This document shows positions 41,125 to 55,550 of a stretch of 64,000 nucleotides of DNA, in pieces. The stretch is from assembly GCA_951406725.2 (NCBI GenBank), contig OX597832.1, forward strand, positions 67,642,001 through 67,706,000, in the 5' to 3' direction. The position numbers and the translations under genes are program-made. The stretch's first letter is position 1. Each line of letters starts with the position of its first letter. This stretch comes from Octopus vulgaris. Its lineage: Eukaryota. The notes under the pieces are model-generated. The model saw only the letters and a program-made list of their open reading frames with translations, had not been told where the DNA came from and did not search any database.

Positions 41125-42379
41125 GAACGATTTAAACTGACATAGAAATAGGGAATGTATTAGTTTGGTCAAATTGAAAACAGGAAGAGTGGAATGACAA
41201 AGAAAAAGAGAGAGAGATAAAAGGAGGAGAGAAAGAAAAATATCAAGAGAAAGAAAAAAGAAGATTAGTAAAAACCAAAATAAAGAATAAAACTCCTGAA
41301 AGTATAAATAAAGAGAATAAGGAAAAGAAAAACTGATATACATGTATATGCATCTTCACATAAATATCTTCTCAGAATAATTAACACTGATATTTCCTTA
41401 ATTCTTAATTCTTCATATATTTGCCTCACAATTAAAAGCTATTACTACACTTAGTACCTCATCTACCTCTTAACTCCCCCATTCCTCTATCAGTTATACT
41501 ATAATACCTTTCACACTTCTACTTTCAAACTACCGCCACTGACCACTGACCAGGCAGAATGGTTAGCACGCCGAGCGAAATGCTTAGCGGTATTTCGTCT
41601 GCCGTTACGTTCTGAGTTCAAATTCCGCCGAGGTCGGCTTTGCTTTTCATCCTTCCGGGGTCGATAAATAAAGTATTAGTTTCGCACTGGGTCGAGGTAA
41701 TCGACTTGATCCGTTTGTCTGTCCTTGTTTGTCCCCTGTGTGTTTAGCACCTTGTGGGCAATAAAGAAATATATATCTTAATTTTTCTTTTTTCTTTTCC
41801 TTATTCTCTTTATTCATACCTTCAGGGTATTTTCTTTATTTTTGTTTTTACTTATCTGCTATCTTTCTCTTTAATTCTTTCCTCACCTGTTTATCTCTTT
41901 TTTTGTCATTCCTCTCTTCCTATTTTCAATTTCACCAAACTAATACATTCCCTATTTCTAGATCAGTTTAAAAACAAACCTCGAATCTGCTACACTCTAT
42001 ATAAATTTCCTACTGGGAAGGACCAACTTTAAGAGAATCTTACATTGCTTATAAACTTTACATTTGGGTGAACTCATATTAAACTCTGTTGGCCTTATGG
42101 ATTTTACTCAAAGGATATTGGAATTATACACATATATACCATTATGCCTATAAAGCGGATTTATGAACTCAATAACCATACATATCTTACATCTATTTTC
42201 TTTCCTCCACCTCACTCTCTACTTTATATCACATCGAAACTATGACTTTTCCTTTCACAACGTCCCCGATGAAGGGATATTATCATTAATTAATATTCTA
42301 GAAAGAGCTGTAATACCTTCTATCTATAAATGCTCTAATATCTATACAGCCTTGGTTTTTTTATCTCATTACGCAAAAA

Positions 42380-42380
<1 letters not shown>
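41125..42380 (+). mobile_element. Family A PLE-like element with inverted 5' segment, interrupted by a SINE; degenerate HHR at ~42262-42318
   Basis: 41125-41340 is the inverse of 41770-41975; body colinear with 4366-5195; 'ccgatgaagggatatt...aatattctagaaagagctgtaa'; ends in (TA)n. Confidence 0.65.
41551..41770 (+). mobile_element. tRNA-derived SINE family 3 with Meta/MESC-like domain
   Basis: ggcagaatggttagc (A box), gagttcaaattcc (B box), tttcatccttccggggtcgataaa central domain, aataaagaaata tail. Confidence 0.85.
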
Positions 42381-42448
<68 letters not shown>

Positions 42449-42554
42449 TTCATCGATCAGACTGCGAAGCATTCGCCTCCCGATCTGTATATATACATAT
42501 ATATATATCCGATCTGTATATATATATGAAGGCGAATGCATCGCAGTGTGACCA

Positions 42555-42678
42555 ATTTCTAACTGAGTGGACAGAAGCAACGTAAAATGAAGTGTTTTAC
42601 TGAAGAAGATAACACGACGCAAGGTTCGAGAATCGAACCCACGATCTAGCGATCTTGAGTAGAAAAAGTCCTCACCAT
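42555..42678 (-). mobile_element. 5' fragment of SINE family 2
   Basis: Matches 28650-28760. Confidence 0.6.
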
Positions 42679-42933
42679 ATATGTATGTGTGTGTGTGTTC
42701 GCGTGCGCGTTTTCATGTAGATACACACAGGAGCTGATGGTGAGCGTGTGTTAATAAAATCTTGCGTTTGTTTGTTTACTCTTCACTAACCTTTCCGTAA
42801 ACATTCTAATCTAAATCTTTTACATTTACCACATGCCTCATATACGTAAGGCACGAGTGAAAGTTCTAATGGTTTTGTAAATATGTGAGTCATGGGTAAA
42901 GTTTCCGTCAGTAACTAACCGAGAAAGTTCCAT

Positions 42934-42934
42934 G

Positions 42935-42983
<49 letters not shown>

Positions 42984-43183
42984 CCATCCTCTTCCTCCTC
43001 CTCCTCCTCCTCTTCATCATCATCATCATCAACATCATCAACATCATCATCATCAGCGTCATTGTCATCGCGTCGTCGTCGTCGTCGTCGCAATGAATTA
43101 CTTTTGCTTAATTTTGCATTTCGTTTGTGCTTGTTTGAGAAAATATTTTGGCTCTTATTGAACAATGTCGATTATTATTATTA

Positions 43184-43241
<58 letters not shown>

Positions 43242-43275
43242 CTACATCATCATCATCAGTATCATCATCATCATT
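42934..43275. repeat. Compound trinucleotide microsatellites (CAT)n/(CCT)n/(CGT)n and (TAT)n
   Basis: Directly visible. Confidence 0.97.
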
Positions 43276-44435
43276 TAGGTTCCACTATTTTTTCTGCTTT
43301 AATTCTCTTTGTTTCATTTACTCGTCTGTATCTATGAAACTAGTAGTATGTGATGTTAGATCTCTCCATCGCATCCATTAATTATCCTCATTAGGAAAGA
43401 CGTGTCTTTAAATCAACTACATTATTTCATTAGACTTAAAGTATTGATGTGTATAATAACGATCCTGCTGTTTATGAGTATTTTTTCTTCTTACTTGTGA
43501 ATATTATTGTTATTTTGTAGACGTTTTATTCTTTTTATCCCTTTTACTATTTAGCCTCAATATCTATATGCTTAACTCATACGCCTGAGTCATTGTAAGT
43601 TACATAACTACTAGAGATCTTTAGAAGAGTCTATTTCCCCTGGCTTGATATATCTAATTTGATGGTACCAGAACGCAAATAAATATGTACAGGAATTGCA
43701 GGAGAAGCTGCTAGTTGCCTAAGGTAGAACAAGTCATAAAACGAAACGTCTGTAAGAAGTTAATGAAATATTTCATTACTTTCATATGCATTTTTGTATT
43801 GTAGTACTTTACGCCATTACCAAATTAGGTTTCGGGGGGAAAAATCAAATCTATACTCATCAAGAACACAACACCAACACAAGGACCCTGCTGAACAGAA
43901 GCAGCCGTTCCTAGGCCGGTCACAATCACTTCATGAGTGATAAAGCTGACTGTATCAAAATAAAGTGTTCTTTTTTCAGGCCCACATCATCATTATAGTG
44001 TCGACAAAATAAGTGCCAGTTAAGCACAGGTGTCGACCTGATCGACATACACTCGCCCCGAATTGGCTGGCCTTGAATCAATATTTGAAACCAATACTAT
44101 CAATCACACATATTCTGTGCGAGTTTCATTAGTAAGGATTAATCGGAGAGTTTGTGTTAGATTTTGTGTGGATCTTGTCTTTAGTATATATCTTCGTCTC
44201 ACAGGGATTAGAATGTCCAGATTTTAGTACGATTAGTTGTTAAGATAAACTAACAGGTGTTAGTTGAAAATACTTTGCAATCACGGTAATGCCAATTTCT
44301 CTCTCCTTCTCTGTCTCTCTCACCTTCTGTGTCTATCTGTCTGTCTCTGTCTCTGTCTGTATAAATATATATGCGTGTATATACATATACACATTCATAC
44401 TAACATAAAACATACATACATAATACATACATACA

Positions 44436-44466
<31 letters not shown>

Positions 44467-44477
44467 GTATGTATATA

Positions 44478-44846
44478 TAGGTGTAAGCTTGGGTGAGTGG
44501 TAGATGTTTGCTTCCCAACCACATGCTTCCGAGTTCAATACCACTGCGTAGCACTTTGGGCAAAGCTTTTCTACTATAGCCCCGGTCCTGTCAGAACGTT
44601 TCGTAAAAGAAAAGAAGCCTATCGTATATGTGTGTATATGTGTGTGTGTGTTTGTGTGTGGGTCTTTGCGCCTCTGTTTGTCCGTCCTTCATTGCTTGAC
44701 AACTTGTGTTTATGTATGTACGTTCTCGTAACCGAGAAGTGACGCAAAACAGACGGATAGAAGTACTAGTCTTAAGAAATACGACTTGGGTCGATTTGTT
44801 CGACTAAAACCCTTCCAATGATTAAAAGGAATAGAAGAATAAAAAA
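44478..44846 (+). mobile_element. tRNA-derived SINE family 1 (diverged)
   Basis: cttcccaaccacatgcttccgagttcaataccactgcg...ttgggcaa...ggtcgatttgttcgactaaaa. Confidence 0.8.
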
Positions 44847-45619
44847 ATTTAGTTTCGCTCATGTCAGTCGTTAGTTTTATTAAATTTCTATGATTATTTG
44901 TCTTTTATAGAAATAAGTTCCAAATTGCAAGTAAACGCATACAATCATATATATATATACGGCAAATGATAGAAGGAAAATGCAATATACGAGAATTTAT
45001 TATTAATCACAACAATTGTTTCGACACATGTAGTATCAATCCCTCATTAAACATCTTCCGTCTTTCATTTGCCATATATATAACGATCACTGTGAAAGTA
45101 ACCGTGCTTTACCGTAAGCTACCAGATGTAAGCCATTCGTTATATATATATATATATCTATGTATGTATGTATTTCTCTGTGTGTATTGCATATGGTGTA
45201 TTGCATAAGTTACGTTCATTTTACTAGTTTTCTTGTTTCTTTGTTTCTATTCCTAGTCCCTATACTCTTCTTTTTCTTATTCTCTATATTTCTAGGCAAG
45301 GCATCTATTAAATATCTCGACTGGGTTTATTCGATGATGAGTTGCTAGCGTATTCACTTTTTGATACGTTAGAATGGATAATGCTCAAACTTATCATATA
45401 TCCCGAACTACAATTCTTAGCATGATTATATAGGTTGTGGCTGTTAGGATTCAACTTTTTATCAGATTTTTATATATTTTCTGTTATTACAATACTTAAC
45501 TCTATGCTGAGATGCATGTTCACCCTCTAGACATTAAGTTTCGCTCAAATCGTTTATTTGTTTTACTAAATTTGTATCGTTATCCGTGTCTTTTATCGGA
45601 ATATCAGGATTTCTTTATG

Positions 45620-46130
45620 TCAATTTCCAACTTGCAAGTCAACAAGTACAACCGTTTCTTTAAAATTTATACATTTCTTGTAAGTTAGCTGCCGAACCCA
45701 AAAGCAAAGAACCTCCATCAATTGCGTGGTTTCCGACCTTTCTATAAATTGGTGTAGCTTTGTTCGGGTCACCTCTTCTAGGCATTTCCTTAGTAGCATG
45801 TAAGCAGTTTAATGCATGGAGAAAAATAGTAAGTCTCTTGAGTTCCTAATGAATCTCTCCATCACCCCAGTTTGCAGAAGATTCAACTAATAATCTAAGA
45901 TACCTGACTGTAGATTTCCAATCGTATATATTTAGACGAGCATCTCCGTCTACGCAAGTCACAGAACTTTGTTTATCGAAAGCAAGCGTGAAATTGCGGT
46001 TAGTGAGTGAAGTATGCACCGAAATGCATCGATGCTTTAGGTTGAAGTTTTCTTCTCTGTGACTGAGCTTTGCACTTATTTGAACAGTAGCACAATAGCT
46101 AAACATAAAACAATTCCAATTAATTCTCAT
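45620..46130 (-). mobile_element. Possible decayed RTE-like RT C-terminal fragment
   Basis: VRYLRLLVESSANWGDGEIH resembles F.YLGS.I...G..D.EI; downstream TKL..FI. Confidence 0.25.
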
Positions 46131-46860
46131 AATTCTAAAATCAATTCACTCACCTAGAATTGGATAGCTACTAAATTCTTCCTTCAGGAAAATTGCCAAC
46201 TGAAAAATGTAGTCTATAAACGTTAGGACAACTTGCATTTTTGCACTGTGTGTCATGTTAATTGTACATCTATCATTCCAACACATTATAAGCAGCGCAA
46301 GTAATGAACATGTAATTTAGTCGATATCATTAGCTTTTTATATCTGCACTTAAAATGTTAAACGACATTACTTGTAAATCAGAATGGACAATAATGTCTG
46401 CCACTCCGCCGTATAAACGTAATAATAGCTATGTGTCGTCTTCGTACTTGAGAATTTTTACAAATATTTGAAGCCTACGTTAACCTAATAAATATAAAAA
46501 GCTTCAGAAGTCATTATTCAGTTCGCTTATAATGTTAATGGTAATATGGTAATGGTAATAAGTGAACGTTTAAAACAATAATAACTAGAATGAGTAACCT
46601 GCGATACGATTTCTTATTCGTTGCCGTAATCAAAAATATACCACTGGACGTCAATCAAAAATAAGTTTCCGACATACGGTTGGTCGGTTTGTAAGAGTAT
46701 ATAAATCAGTCATCCTATGTCTCTATCCATTAATACACCATAAAGATTATATTGTTACACATATCCGCTACACCAGTATGTGAAAATACACGGGGCAATG
46801 TACATAAAAAAGTATGCTGATATTTACGCAGATATTTACACGGATATAGAAGTGTGTTTG

Positions 46861-46862
<2 letters not shown>

Positions 46863-46945
<83 letters not shown>
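46863..46945. repeat. (TC)n-(TA)n microsatellite
   Basis: Directly visible. Confidence 0.98.
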
Positions 46946-46946
<1 letters not shown>

Positions 46947-47077
46947 ATTTCGAAGAATATGAAAGTCACTCTTAAATAACTTGTATGTGTCTTGCGAGGG
47001 ACAACAAAACACGTGTAACAAAGACTTTAGCAAAGACATAAATAATTTCGCATATATGCATGGGCACAGCCTGTGTG

Positions 47078-47116
<39 letters not shown>

Positions 47117-47244
47117 GCATATTTAAATAGATGCAGACTTACGAACAGAGATGCATACGTACTTATATATAAAAAAATTCATACACACATGCAGGCATAC
47201 TTTCCTGCACATATACATACATGCATACATACTTACATACATAC

Positions 47245-47275
<31 letters not shown>

Positions 47276-47887
47276 CATACATACGTACACTCAATTTTAT
47301 ATAATCTTTGCATGTCTTACCGGAATTTTCGTGGCTTTATTTCTAACATCATTTTCACAGCCACTAAAATAATGGCCAATCTAATTTTAAGACATGTTTC
47401 CAACGTTGCTCTAATGTTTTTGGTTTCTTTTGCTACATCTCCTTCTTACTCTCCCTGTTTCTTTCCACATATCCTCGTTGCTATCGTTATCAAAGTCATC
47501 GCTATTGCTTGCTACCTTGGTGACATTTTTATTCTCCCTTATTTCCCATATTCTCCATTTATACATGTTTGTGTGTATGTGGGTGCAGGTTTAGTGTGTG
47601 TTTGGTGTATGTGTATGCGTGTGTGTACGTGTGTATGTATGTGTGTGTGGTGGGGGTGTAATATATATGTATTCTGTCGGTATGCTTCCGCTGCCGGAAT
47701 GGCTGTTCTGTTCTTACTTTTTGACTTTCCGTATTTTATGTATAGTTTCTTAGAATTACGTATTTGCAATGAAGACCTGTATGTCAAAAATATGGCGAGC
47801 TTTATACTTACGTGCAATTTGTTATTCAGAGAGTAGTTGAAAGGACTGTATTTACTACACTTGCTTTTTGGTGTATAAATCGTATTC

Positions 47888-48180
47888 CATCGGTTACGAC
47901 GATGAGGGTTACAAGTGCTCCTATCAATGGAACAGCCTGTTCGTGAAATTAACGCACATGTGGCTGAGCACTCCACAGACATGCGTACACCTAACATACT
48001 CCTGAATGATCTGACACAGAATAGGATAAGGCTAGCCCTTTGAAATGCAGGGTCTACTCATTTTTGCCAGCCGAGTGAACCAGAACAACAAGAAATAAAG
48101 TTTAATACTCAAGAACACACTGCGCCGCCGGGAATCGAACTCGTAGTTTTGCAACTGTAAACCTAATGACTAAGCCATGC

Positions 48181-48181
<1 letters not shown>
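47888..48181 (-). mobile_element. CORE-type SINE family 2 (diverged)
   Basis: Colinear with 28455-28770; abuts (TA)n. Confidence 0.85.
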
Positions 48182-48235
<54 letters not shown>

Positions 48236-48654
48236 TATATAAATAGATAGATAAATATATACATACATGAATCGAAACAGCTGTTAAAGATCATGTTTAT
48301 TTTTGTAGTCAATAAATATACTTATTAATTGATGTATATTCATTTTCGTATTTTTCTTGAATAAATATATACTTTGGCTTATCTAATTACCTATTATTCA
48401 TGAGTTTTATATAATTAATATTCACGACAAATATAACTATTCATTAATGAGGCTTGTCCAACTTTTAATTAAACTTTTACATGCATACATACATGCGTGC
48501 GTGTGTGCATGTGTGTGCGTGTGTGTGTTTGTGTGTGCTTGTGTGTGTGTGATTGTTCAGTTTTATTTCAAGAGTCGGTTTCATCGGAATTCCAACATCA
48601 ACAACTGGGAATTTTTGTTGTATACATGCATGCGTGCATGTATGTATGTATGTA

Positions 48655-48692
<38 letters not shown>

Positions 48693-48694
48693 AA

Positions 48695-49148
48695 AAGCAA
48701 TAAAGATTCAAGTTAATTTAAATGAATTTACTTGAATATGGTACCTAACTTAGATGCACCAAAAAACTATACTGTTTTAACAATATAATGTGGGGTGATT
48801 ATAAGCGAGAAAGAAGCAACAAGAATGGATAGGTTTTTAGTACAATCGTTTCATACAAGGACAGGCTTTATTAAAAGTTGCAAAAATTACAGCATATAAA
48901 CGTGATGCTGTTAAAACTTTTAATATTCTGTGATAATACTGTACATCATCTTTAAAGAACTTTAATGAACTTTGGAAATCTGTTTATGTTACTTAATTAT
49001 CTACTTATGAGTATAGCCTCAACCAATAGGATGAACTCACATGTATTTTAGCTGATGAGTACAGGACACGTTTATATGCTGTATTTTGCAACTTTTAATA
49101 AAGCCTGTCCTTGTATTGTACTAAAACCTATCCATTCTTGTTGCTTCT

Positions 49149-49155
<7 letters not shown>
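48695..49155. mobile_element. Fold-back family D element with HHR halves in both arms, between (TA)n tracts
   Basis: 48807-48904 vs 49067-49152 inverted; terminus 'gaatatggtacctaactt' shared with family C (28845-28862). Confidence 0.75.
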
Positions 49156-49215
<60 letters not shown>

Positions 49216-50193
49216 TGTATGTATATATATATGTATGTATGTATGTATGCATGTATCTATGTGTAAGTAATGATATTTTGCTTGTTTTCTAATCTTATGG
49301 AATTTCACTTCCTATTTTTTGTGGGCTACATGGAAACCAATACATGTACGAAAAGAGCAGACGAAGAAACTCCAAACTTTTTGGTTTTTATCTCGTAGTA
49401 GACATACTGCCTATATCTTACAATATCAGCTGTATTCCAGATACTCCGTTGCTCGGACAACTACATTGCAGAATGTGACCATTGTATTTTTTTCTTGGAT
49501 AACAGTGTGAATTAGATTACAGTTGTTTAATATTGCTTCAGGTAAGAGCATCTACGAATAGGGTACATTTTTGGCTCATCTATTGCTCCTAAACATTGAT
49601 CTACAGAATATAGTAATGTCATTCACCTCGAAATAGTAAAAGTAATTCTCCATTTCGTGAAAGTTATAATTGAAATCACTTAATATTGGACCAACTTCAT
49701 TTATTCAATAACGCACGTTAGAAATAACCAAAGCGTTCAAGATGATATAACTTTCTATCGTTATTTATTATATTTTACGCAAGATTTTATAATCACAAAC
49801 ATATTCTAGCTCAAGGCTAAATAGATATTATTTATATTGAATTAAATGATTATTTACTACATTTCATTGTGAGTGTCGTAATTACATGTATTGGCAATTA
49901 TGCACAGCACGATAAATTACGCTGGATATAGATATTTAGAAGGAAAAAAAAACATGCACAATCGCATTATTTACTCCGGATATTAAATGGAATATATAAT
50001 TCCAATTAAATTCATCATTTCCATACGTTTCTCTAATATTTATGCGCTTCTAATAAAGCTTGAACGTATTTATGTCGTTATATATGTTTTAAGTTTGTTC
50101 CATGTTAGATTTAATAGATGACGTATGTGTTGTGAAAAGCATTTGGAAAATAGCCATCCCTCTCAATATACATACATATGCGAATGTATGTAG

Positions 50194-50239
<46 letters not shown>

Positions 50240-51160
50240 ACACACATATTTCAAACATATATATATACATATAGCTGTGTTTATACATACACACACACAC
50301 ACACACACACTTATACACACATACACACACATGCAAACACATACACACTCACACACACACATATATATATATATGCATGTTTATACTTACATATATAACT
50401 CAATATATTCGTATGAACAAACATATTTATATGCGTATAAACATACCCACATACCCATACACACGCGCGCGCGCACTCACGCACATATGCACACTCACAT
50501 ATATGCGTATTACTTAAGAACATAACATACCGATAAACATTGAAATAAAATACGTGTAAATTAGACATCTAACAATACTTTATATTACATAAAGTATATT
50601 AAACGATATTTCATTAAAAATAATATGAGATTCTATATTCCTCGGAAACTAGAATTCCAAGTGTATCAAACGTAAACGAAACATTTGCGATATATTCGCG
50701 ATATCTCAAATTACTGGGCCTTCTTCTCATGTTGACGGTATCGCACTCCATGAAGTAGAGTATGTCAGTACGATTGCATTGCAGAGAGTAGAATACATTA
50801 TATATGAGATGCACGTGCATTTATCATTCGATATATATTGAAAATACACATAGATTAAAGTTTTCCGAATATCCTCTGTATCGTTTTCTTTAAAACCTTA
50901 CAAATCTGCGTGCCGAGATTAAACTATTTGAATGTATGTGTTTTACGGTGAGATTCAGCCGTGTCTAACATTTCCATTCGGCTTCCAAAGGTTTAGTTAT
51001 TTTTTAATCTATTTTGATATAAATTTTCACCTCCCAATACACCAATAAATTTCTTTCAAAAAGTTTCTTCAGCGGTTATAAATAGGTGCGCATGCGTATA
51101 TATACACATATGCACAGATACATGTATATATACAAACATACATGCATACATATGTTTATA

Positions 51161-51229
<69 letters not shown>

Positions 51230-51285
51230 GTCTGTGTGTGTTCATACAAATAATTGCACAAACACACATATGTATTCATATGTAC

Positions 51286-51339
<54 letters not shown>

Positions 51340-51378
51340 GCACACACATACACGCACGCATGCACACACACACACGAA

Positions 51379-51470
<92 letters not shown>

Positions 51471-52312
51471 GAGAGAAAGTGGAAGAGATGGAGGAAGAGA
51501 AGCACACATTTGGCCATGTCTATGCACTGCAGTTTTCCATAAAACAAAGATTTCTATTATGCAGTTTATCTTTCAGTGTTCTATCTTCTATATATATCAT
51601 TTCTTAACACCAAAACACTTCAATTTTAAAAAGATTCACTGAAGCTTTCAATTTCATAAATTGCATTTTCGCTTCTGTTGCATAAATTTTGCTTCATATT
51701 AGTATTTATGTTTTTTTGAATTTCATTGTGTAAACGTAGATATGCGTTTCATTAACTTTTACATACATATACACATACATTTATAAGCGCACACGCAGGT
51801 ACACACAGCACGCACACAAACACACACGCCTATGTTGTTATTGGCATCTGGCAATAGATTCTGATGCCATCCTTTACATTAAATGCTCATGATATATTCC
51901 TGACAATCATTCAAACAATCAATTGATACAACACAACAAAGACTCAATCTGATTCAATATGTTGGTATGATATAAATAATTTCTTATATAGCATATTTCT
52001 TTGGGGCGTATTCTAAGATTTTATACGTAGATTTATAACGACATCTAACATCTTTTGTTATCCCGTAATAATATTTGTTTCAATGTTTGGGACACGGGAG
52101 TAAGTCGTTTAAATCGACTCCAGTGTTCGACTGGTATTTATTTTAACGGTTCCGAAACGATGAAAGGTAAAATCGACACCGGTACAATTTCAACTCAGAA
52201 CGTAAATTCTGAAGATATACTGCTAAACGTTTTTGCGCAGCTCAGTGCCTTTGTAATTCCTTATGATACTGAATATAAAAAATAAACGTTGTTACCATAT
52301 ATGCTATCCATA

Positions 52313-53200
52313 CGCGGTATGATCAATAAGTATCCGGACTGTTGCCATAGTTATGAATCTAAAACAAGCAGAGTGAAGCCGCTGGACAAAGATTGACCTT
52401 GAACTCTGCTTTGCACGTGCACTAAGATTTAACTTTCTAGATCACTTCCGCTGATTACAGCAGTTCTTAACATGAAGGTCTGTAGCGTGTGATCTTCGCA
52501 TTGACCATGACAGAGAAAGTTGTCATGGTGATATATGCTCAGAGGCTTACGCATCGTTGCAGAAAGTGTCTAGAGAGGAGTATATTAGCCGCACACAAAT
52601 GTACGAGTGGGTCAGACGTTTCCAAGAGGGACGGAAAAATGTCGATATTGACGAACGTTCTGGAAGACACGCAACCAGCGGAATTGAGAAAAACATTGCA
52701 GATGGGAATGCAGATGGGAGGGAAATTCGTCGAATCACCATCCATGAGTTATCAGACTATGTGTAGGTTAGTAACGTTTCACCTCAGTCCATTATCACTG
52801 AAGATTTGCGTATGAGATGCGTGTCTGCCAAGTTTGTGCCGAAACCGCTTTCAGCTGACTAAAAATACACTCAGGTTTCACTTGCATAAATTCTCCTTGA
52901 TTGTGTCAAGAACGATGAAACCCCTTTCAAAAATTTGCGTGGGCATCTGAGCAGATATCGACAAGATTCTGGTAAAATTTGATGCAGGTTCTCTGCTCAA
53001 CTTTCTCTGTCATGGTCAATGCGACGATCACACGCTACATACTTTCCTTCCAAGCACTGTTGTAAACAGCGGAAGTGAGCTAGAACGGCGAGTGTTAGTG
53101 CGCATGCACAGCAATTTTCAATGTCAATCTGTCCGAAGCGGCTCCACTCTACGGCTTCGCTACTACTGCAACAGTCCGGATACTAATTGATCAGACCATG
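52313..53200 (+). mobile_element. Internally deleted mariner-type transposon with ~210 bp terminal inverted repeats
   Basis: TA then cgcggtatgatcaataagtatccggactgttg ... caacagtccggatactaattgatcagaccatg; remnant SRTQMYEWVRRFQEGRKNVDIDERSGRHATS...VSAKFVPK (HTH plus WVPR-like motif); no DDD domain. Confidence 0.85.
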
Positions 53201-54806
53201 AATAGCAACATACTTCGGACTTCCCAATTATCGACAGCGAAGGCTTGATTGTAAAAGTATTAGTAAACAGGAGTAAAACATGATTCAGTGGACATTCGCA
53301 ATTGTTATCATCTAGCGCAAGAAGGAAAAGAGTAAGATGTCGGTTGTTCGTTACTTTCTGTGAATAAATTTTCTTTTTTTGTGAAGAATATTTAAGCTTT
53401 CACATTTTGCCTTCCAAATCCGTGCCATTCTTCCGTAAATTTTTACTTGCACTTTTCTCCGTAAGTTACTGGTAGCCATTACACGAGTGCAATTAATATT
53501 TACAGTGGTCTCATGTGTGTGAATAGAAATGTGCCGATACTAGGTAAGTACCAAATATACCTGTCTTACAAAGCACGTAGAGAAGTCAGTGAGAACACAA
53601 TTACTGCGGCCATCACATTAATTTCCTTTAACCCTTATTATATCTCCTTCAGTATGTATGCATTAAGCAGTAGAGAGCTCTACCGAAATCGTGAGCGTCA
53701 ACTAAATATGAAAAAAAAATGTCCTGATTAATAAAAGATATTGGAAATACACTGATTGAGAGAAATGTTTAACAGTTTTCCGGGTGCGATGAAAATTGTG
53801 GGCATATTTCAGCGTTATTTGCAATCGTCAGGAAATTGTAATTAATTACCGGTGTGCTAATCGATAACGAGAAATGAATATGGCAAGCGTTCTGAAAGGG
53901 TCCCAACTTACTTTTCATGATATCTTTATGTATCTCTTCATGTTCACATTTGAATTCATCCACTTATTTAAAAATCTCTTTGGCTAATTCAAGTGTTAAT
54001 TTCCTAGAAATATTAACCAAATTACTTCGAAATATTTATCTTCATGAATGGACATGTTAAATATTAGCTATGGAAAAAATGAGCACATTAAATTGTAGTT
54101 ATGGAAAGGAGACGTGTCTTCCGCAGAACGCCCTTGATCATTGCCTTAATCGATCATAAATTACACAGGGGCTAATAAAATATGAAAGAATTATCGATGA
54201 ACCAACGCGTGTAACATTACTTTACGATCCACCTGCTACGCATGGTAGTAAAATATTTCTGAAATTACAAACTCTGTCTCAAAATCCGAAGGACATGGAA
54301 AATACTGCAGTCTTAGGTGAAACGTGCTCAGGGAGAGACGGATTTTGATTAAAGTATATAAGAAAACTATTGCCCTGGAACAAGAACGTCAATGTTACAT
54401 TTACCGATTAAATTCACATATCGTATCGATTACAACAAAGGTGGAAGAAATAAAGAAGCGAAAATTCTTTGTTTCTTATAAAATATTCTATCCTAAGAAT
54501 ATTTTTGTCATTTTTTTTTTCATTTTACAAATATTACTCTTTCATCATAATTGCCTAAAACATCCTACTTAAATTGATGGAAAAATATTTTTAGCTCGTG
54601 TCCGATAACACTATTCTCATTGTCTTGCTATAATAGACCAAATAAAGCTACTTTGGCAGATACATCCCCTTTGAAGATTCTCATAATCGAAATAGAAAGA
54701 TTATATGTTATGGTGACCATCTGCGTACCTGCTCTTTGCATATGTATGCATATCTATCTTTTCAATTCTTATCATTTATACATGTATGAATTCATGCATG
54801 TATGTA

Positions 54807-54839
<33 letters not shown>

Positions 54840-54858
54840 CTGTATGTGTGTCTGTATG

Positions 54859-54899
<41 letters not shown>

Positions 54900-54987
54900 T
54901 GTGCTTGTGTATTCGGATATAAATAAATACTCATATATAAAGACACAACCAGATACACAAGGCCCGCGCACACTCGCACACGTAGGC

Positions 54988-55061
<74 letters not shown>

Positions 55062-55066
<5 letters not shown>

Positions 55067-55550
55067 TGGTGCAGACAACAAACAGATGTATTAGTTTGAC
55101 GCTCCTGAAGTGAAAAAGTCTTTCCGTTTCGAACCTACGCTCTTCAACAGAAAAGAAAAGAAAAGAAAAGAGAAAGAAACAAGGAGAGAATATAAAGAAT
55201 GTGAAGTGGTTAGCGATCTATCACGGCGAATGCCGGAGAGAGAGGTTACACAGGAAAGCTAGAAAGGAGGGGGAGATAATAAAGTGGTGGTGATCCCAAA
55301 ACAAAGATGCGCGTGCGTATGTATAAGAGAGCATATATGTGCGTTGGGAAGATGGCAGTTGACCTTGACGTTTGCGTGAGTGTATGTGTAGGTGTATGGA
55401 TGTGGGACAGGGAAATGGTCAGTGCTAGTGTGTGCGTGGTGGTGTGATGTGGTGTTGTGTAGTATGGTAGTGTATGGTGTAGTGGAGTGTGATATGGTGT
55501 GATGGTGTTAGGATGTGGGAAAGCAAGTGTAGGATGTGGGTTAGGCTGAG
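55062..55550 (-). mobile_element. Inverted copy of the PLE 3' pLTR found at 58930-59455
   Basis: gacaggtggtg..aacagatgtatt...tttcgaacctacgctcttcaacagaaa...agtggttagcgatctatcacggcg is the inverse of 59255-59420. Confidence 0.8.

Noticed and set aside
42908-43165. Poly-R/D/E acidic ORF
   Set aside because: Compound trinucleotide microsatellite
47060-47836. 258 aa ORF
   Set aside because: Kept open by microsatellites; no domain
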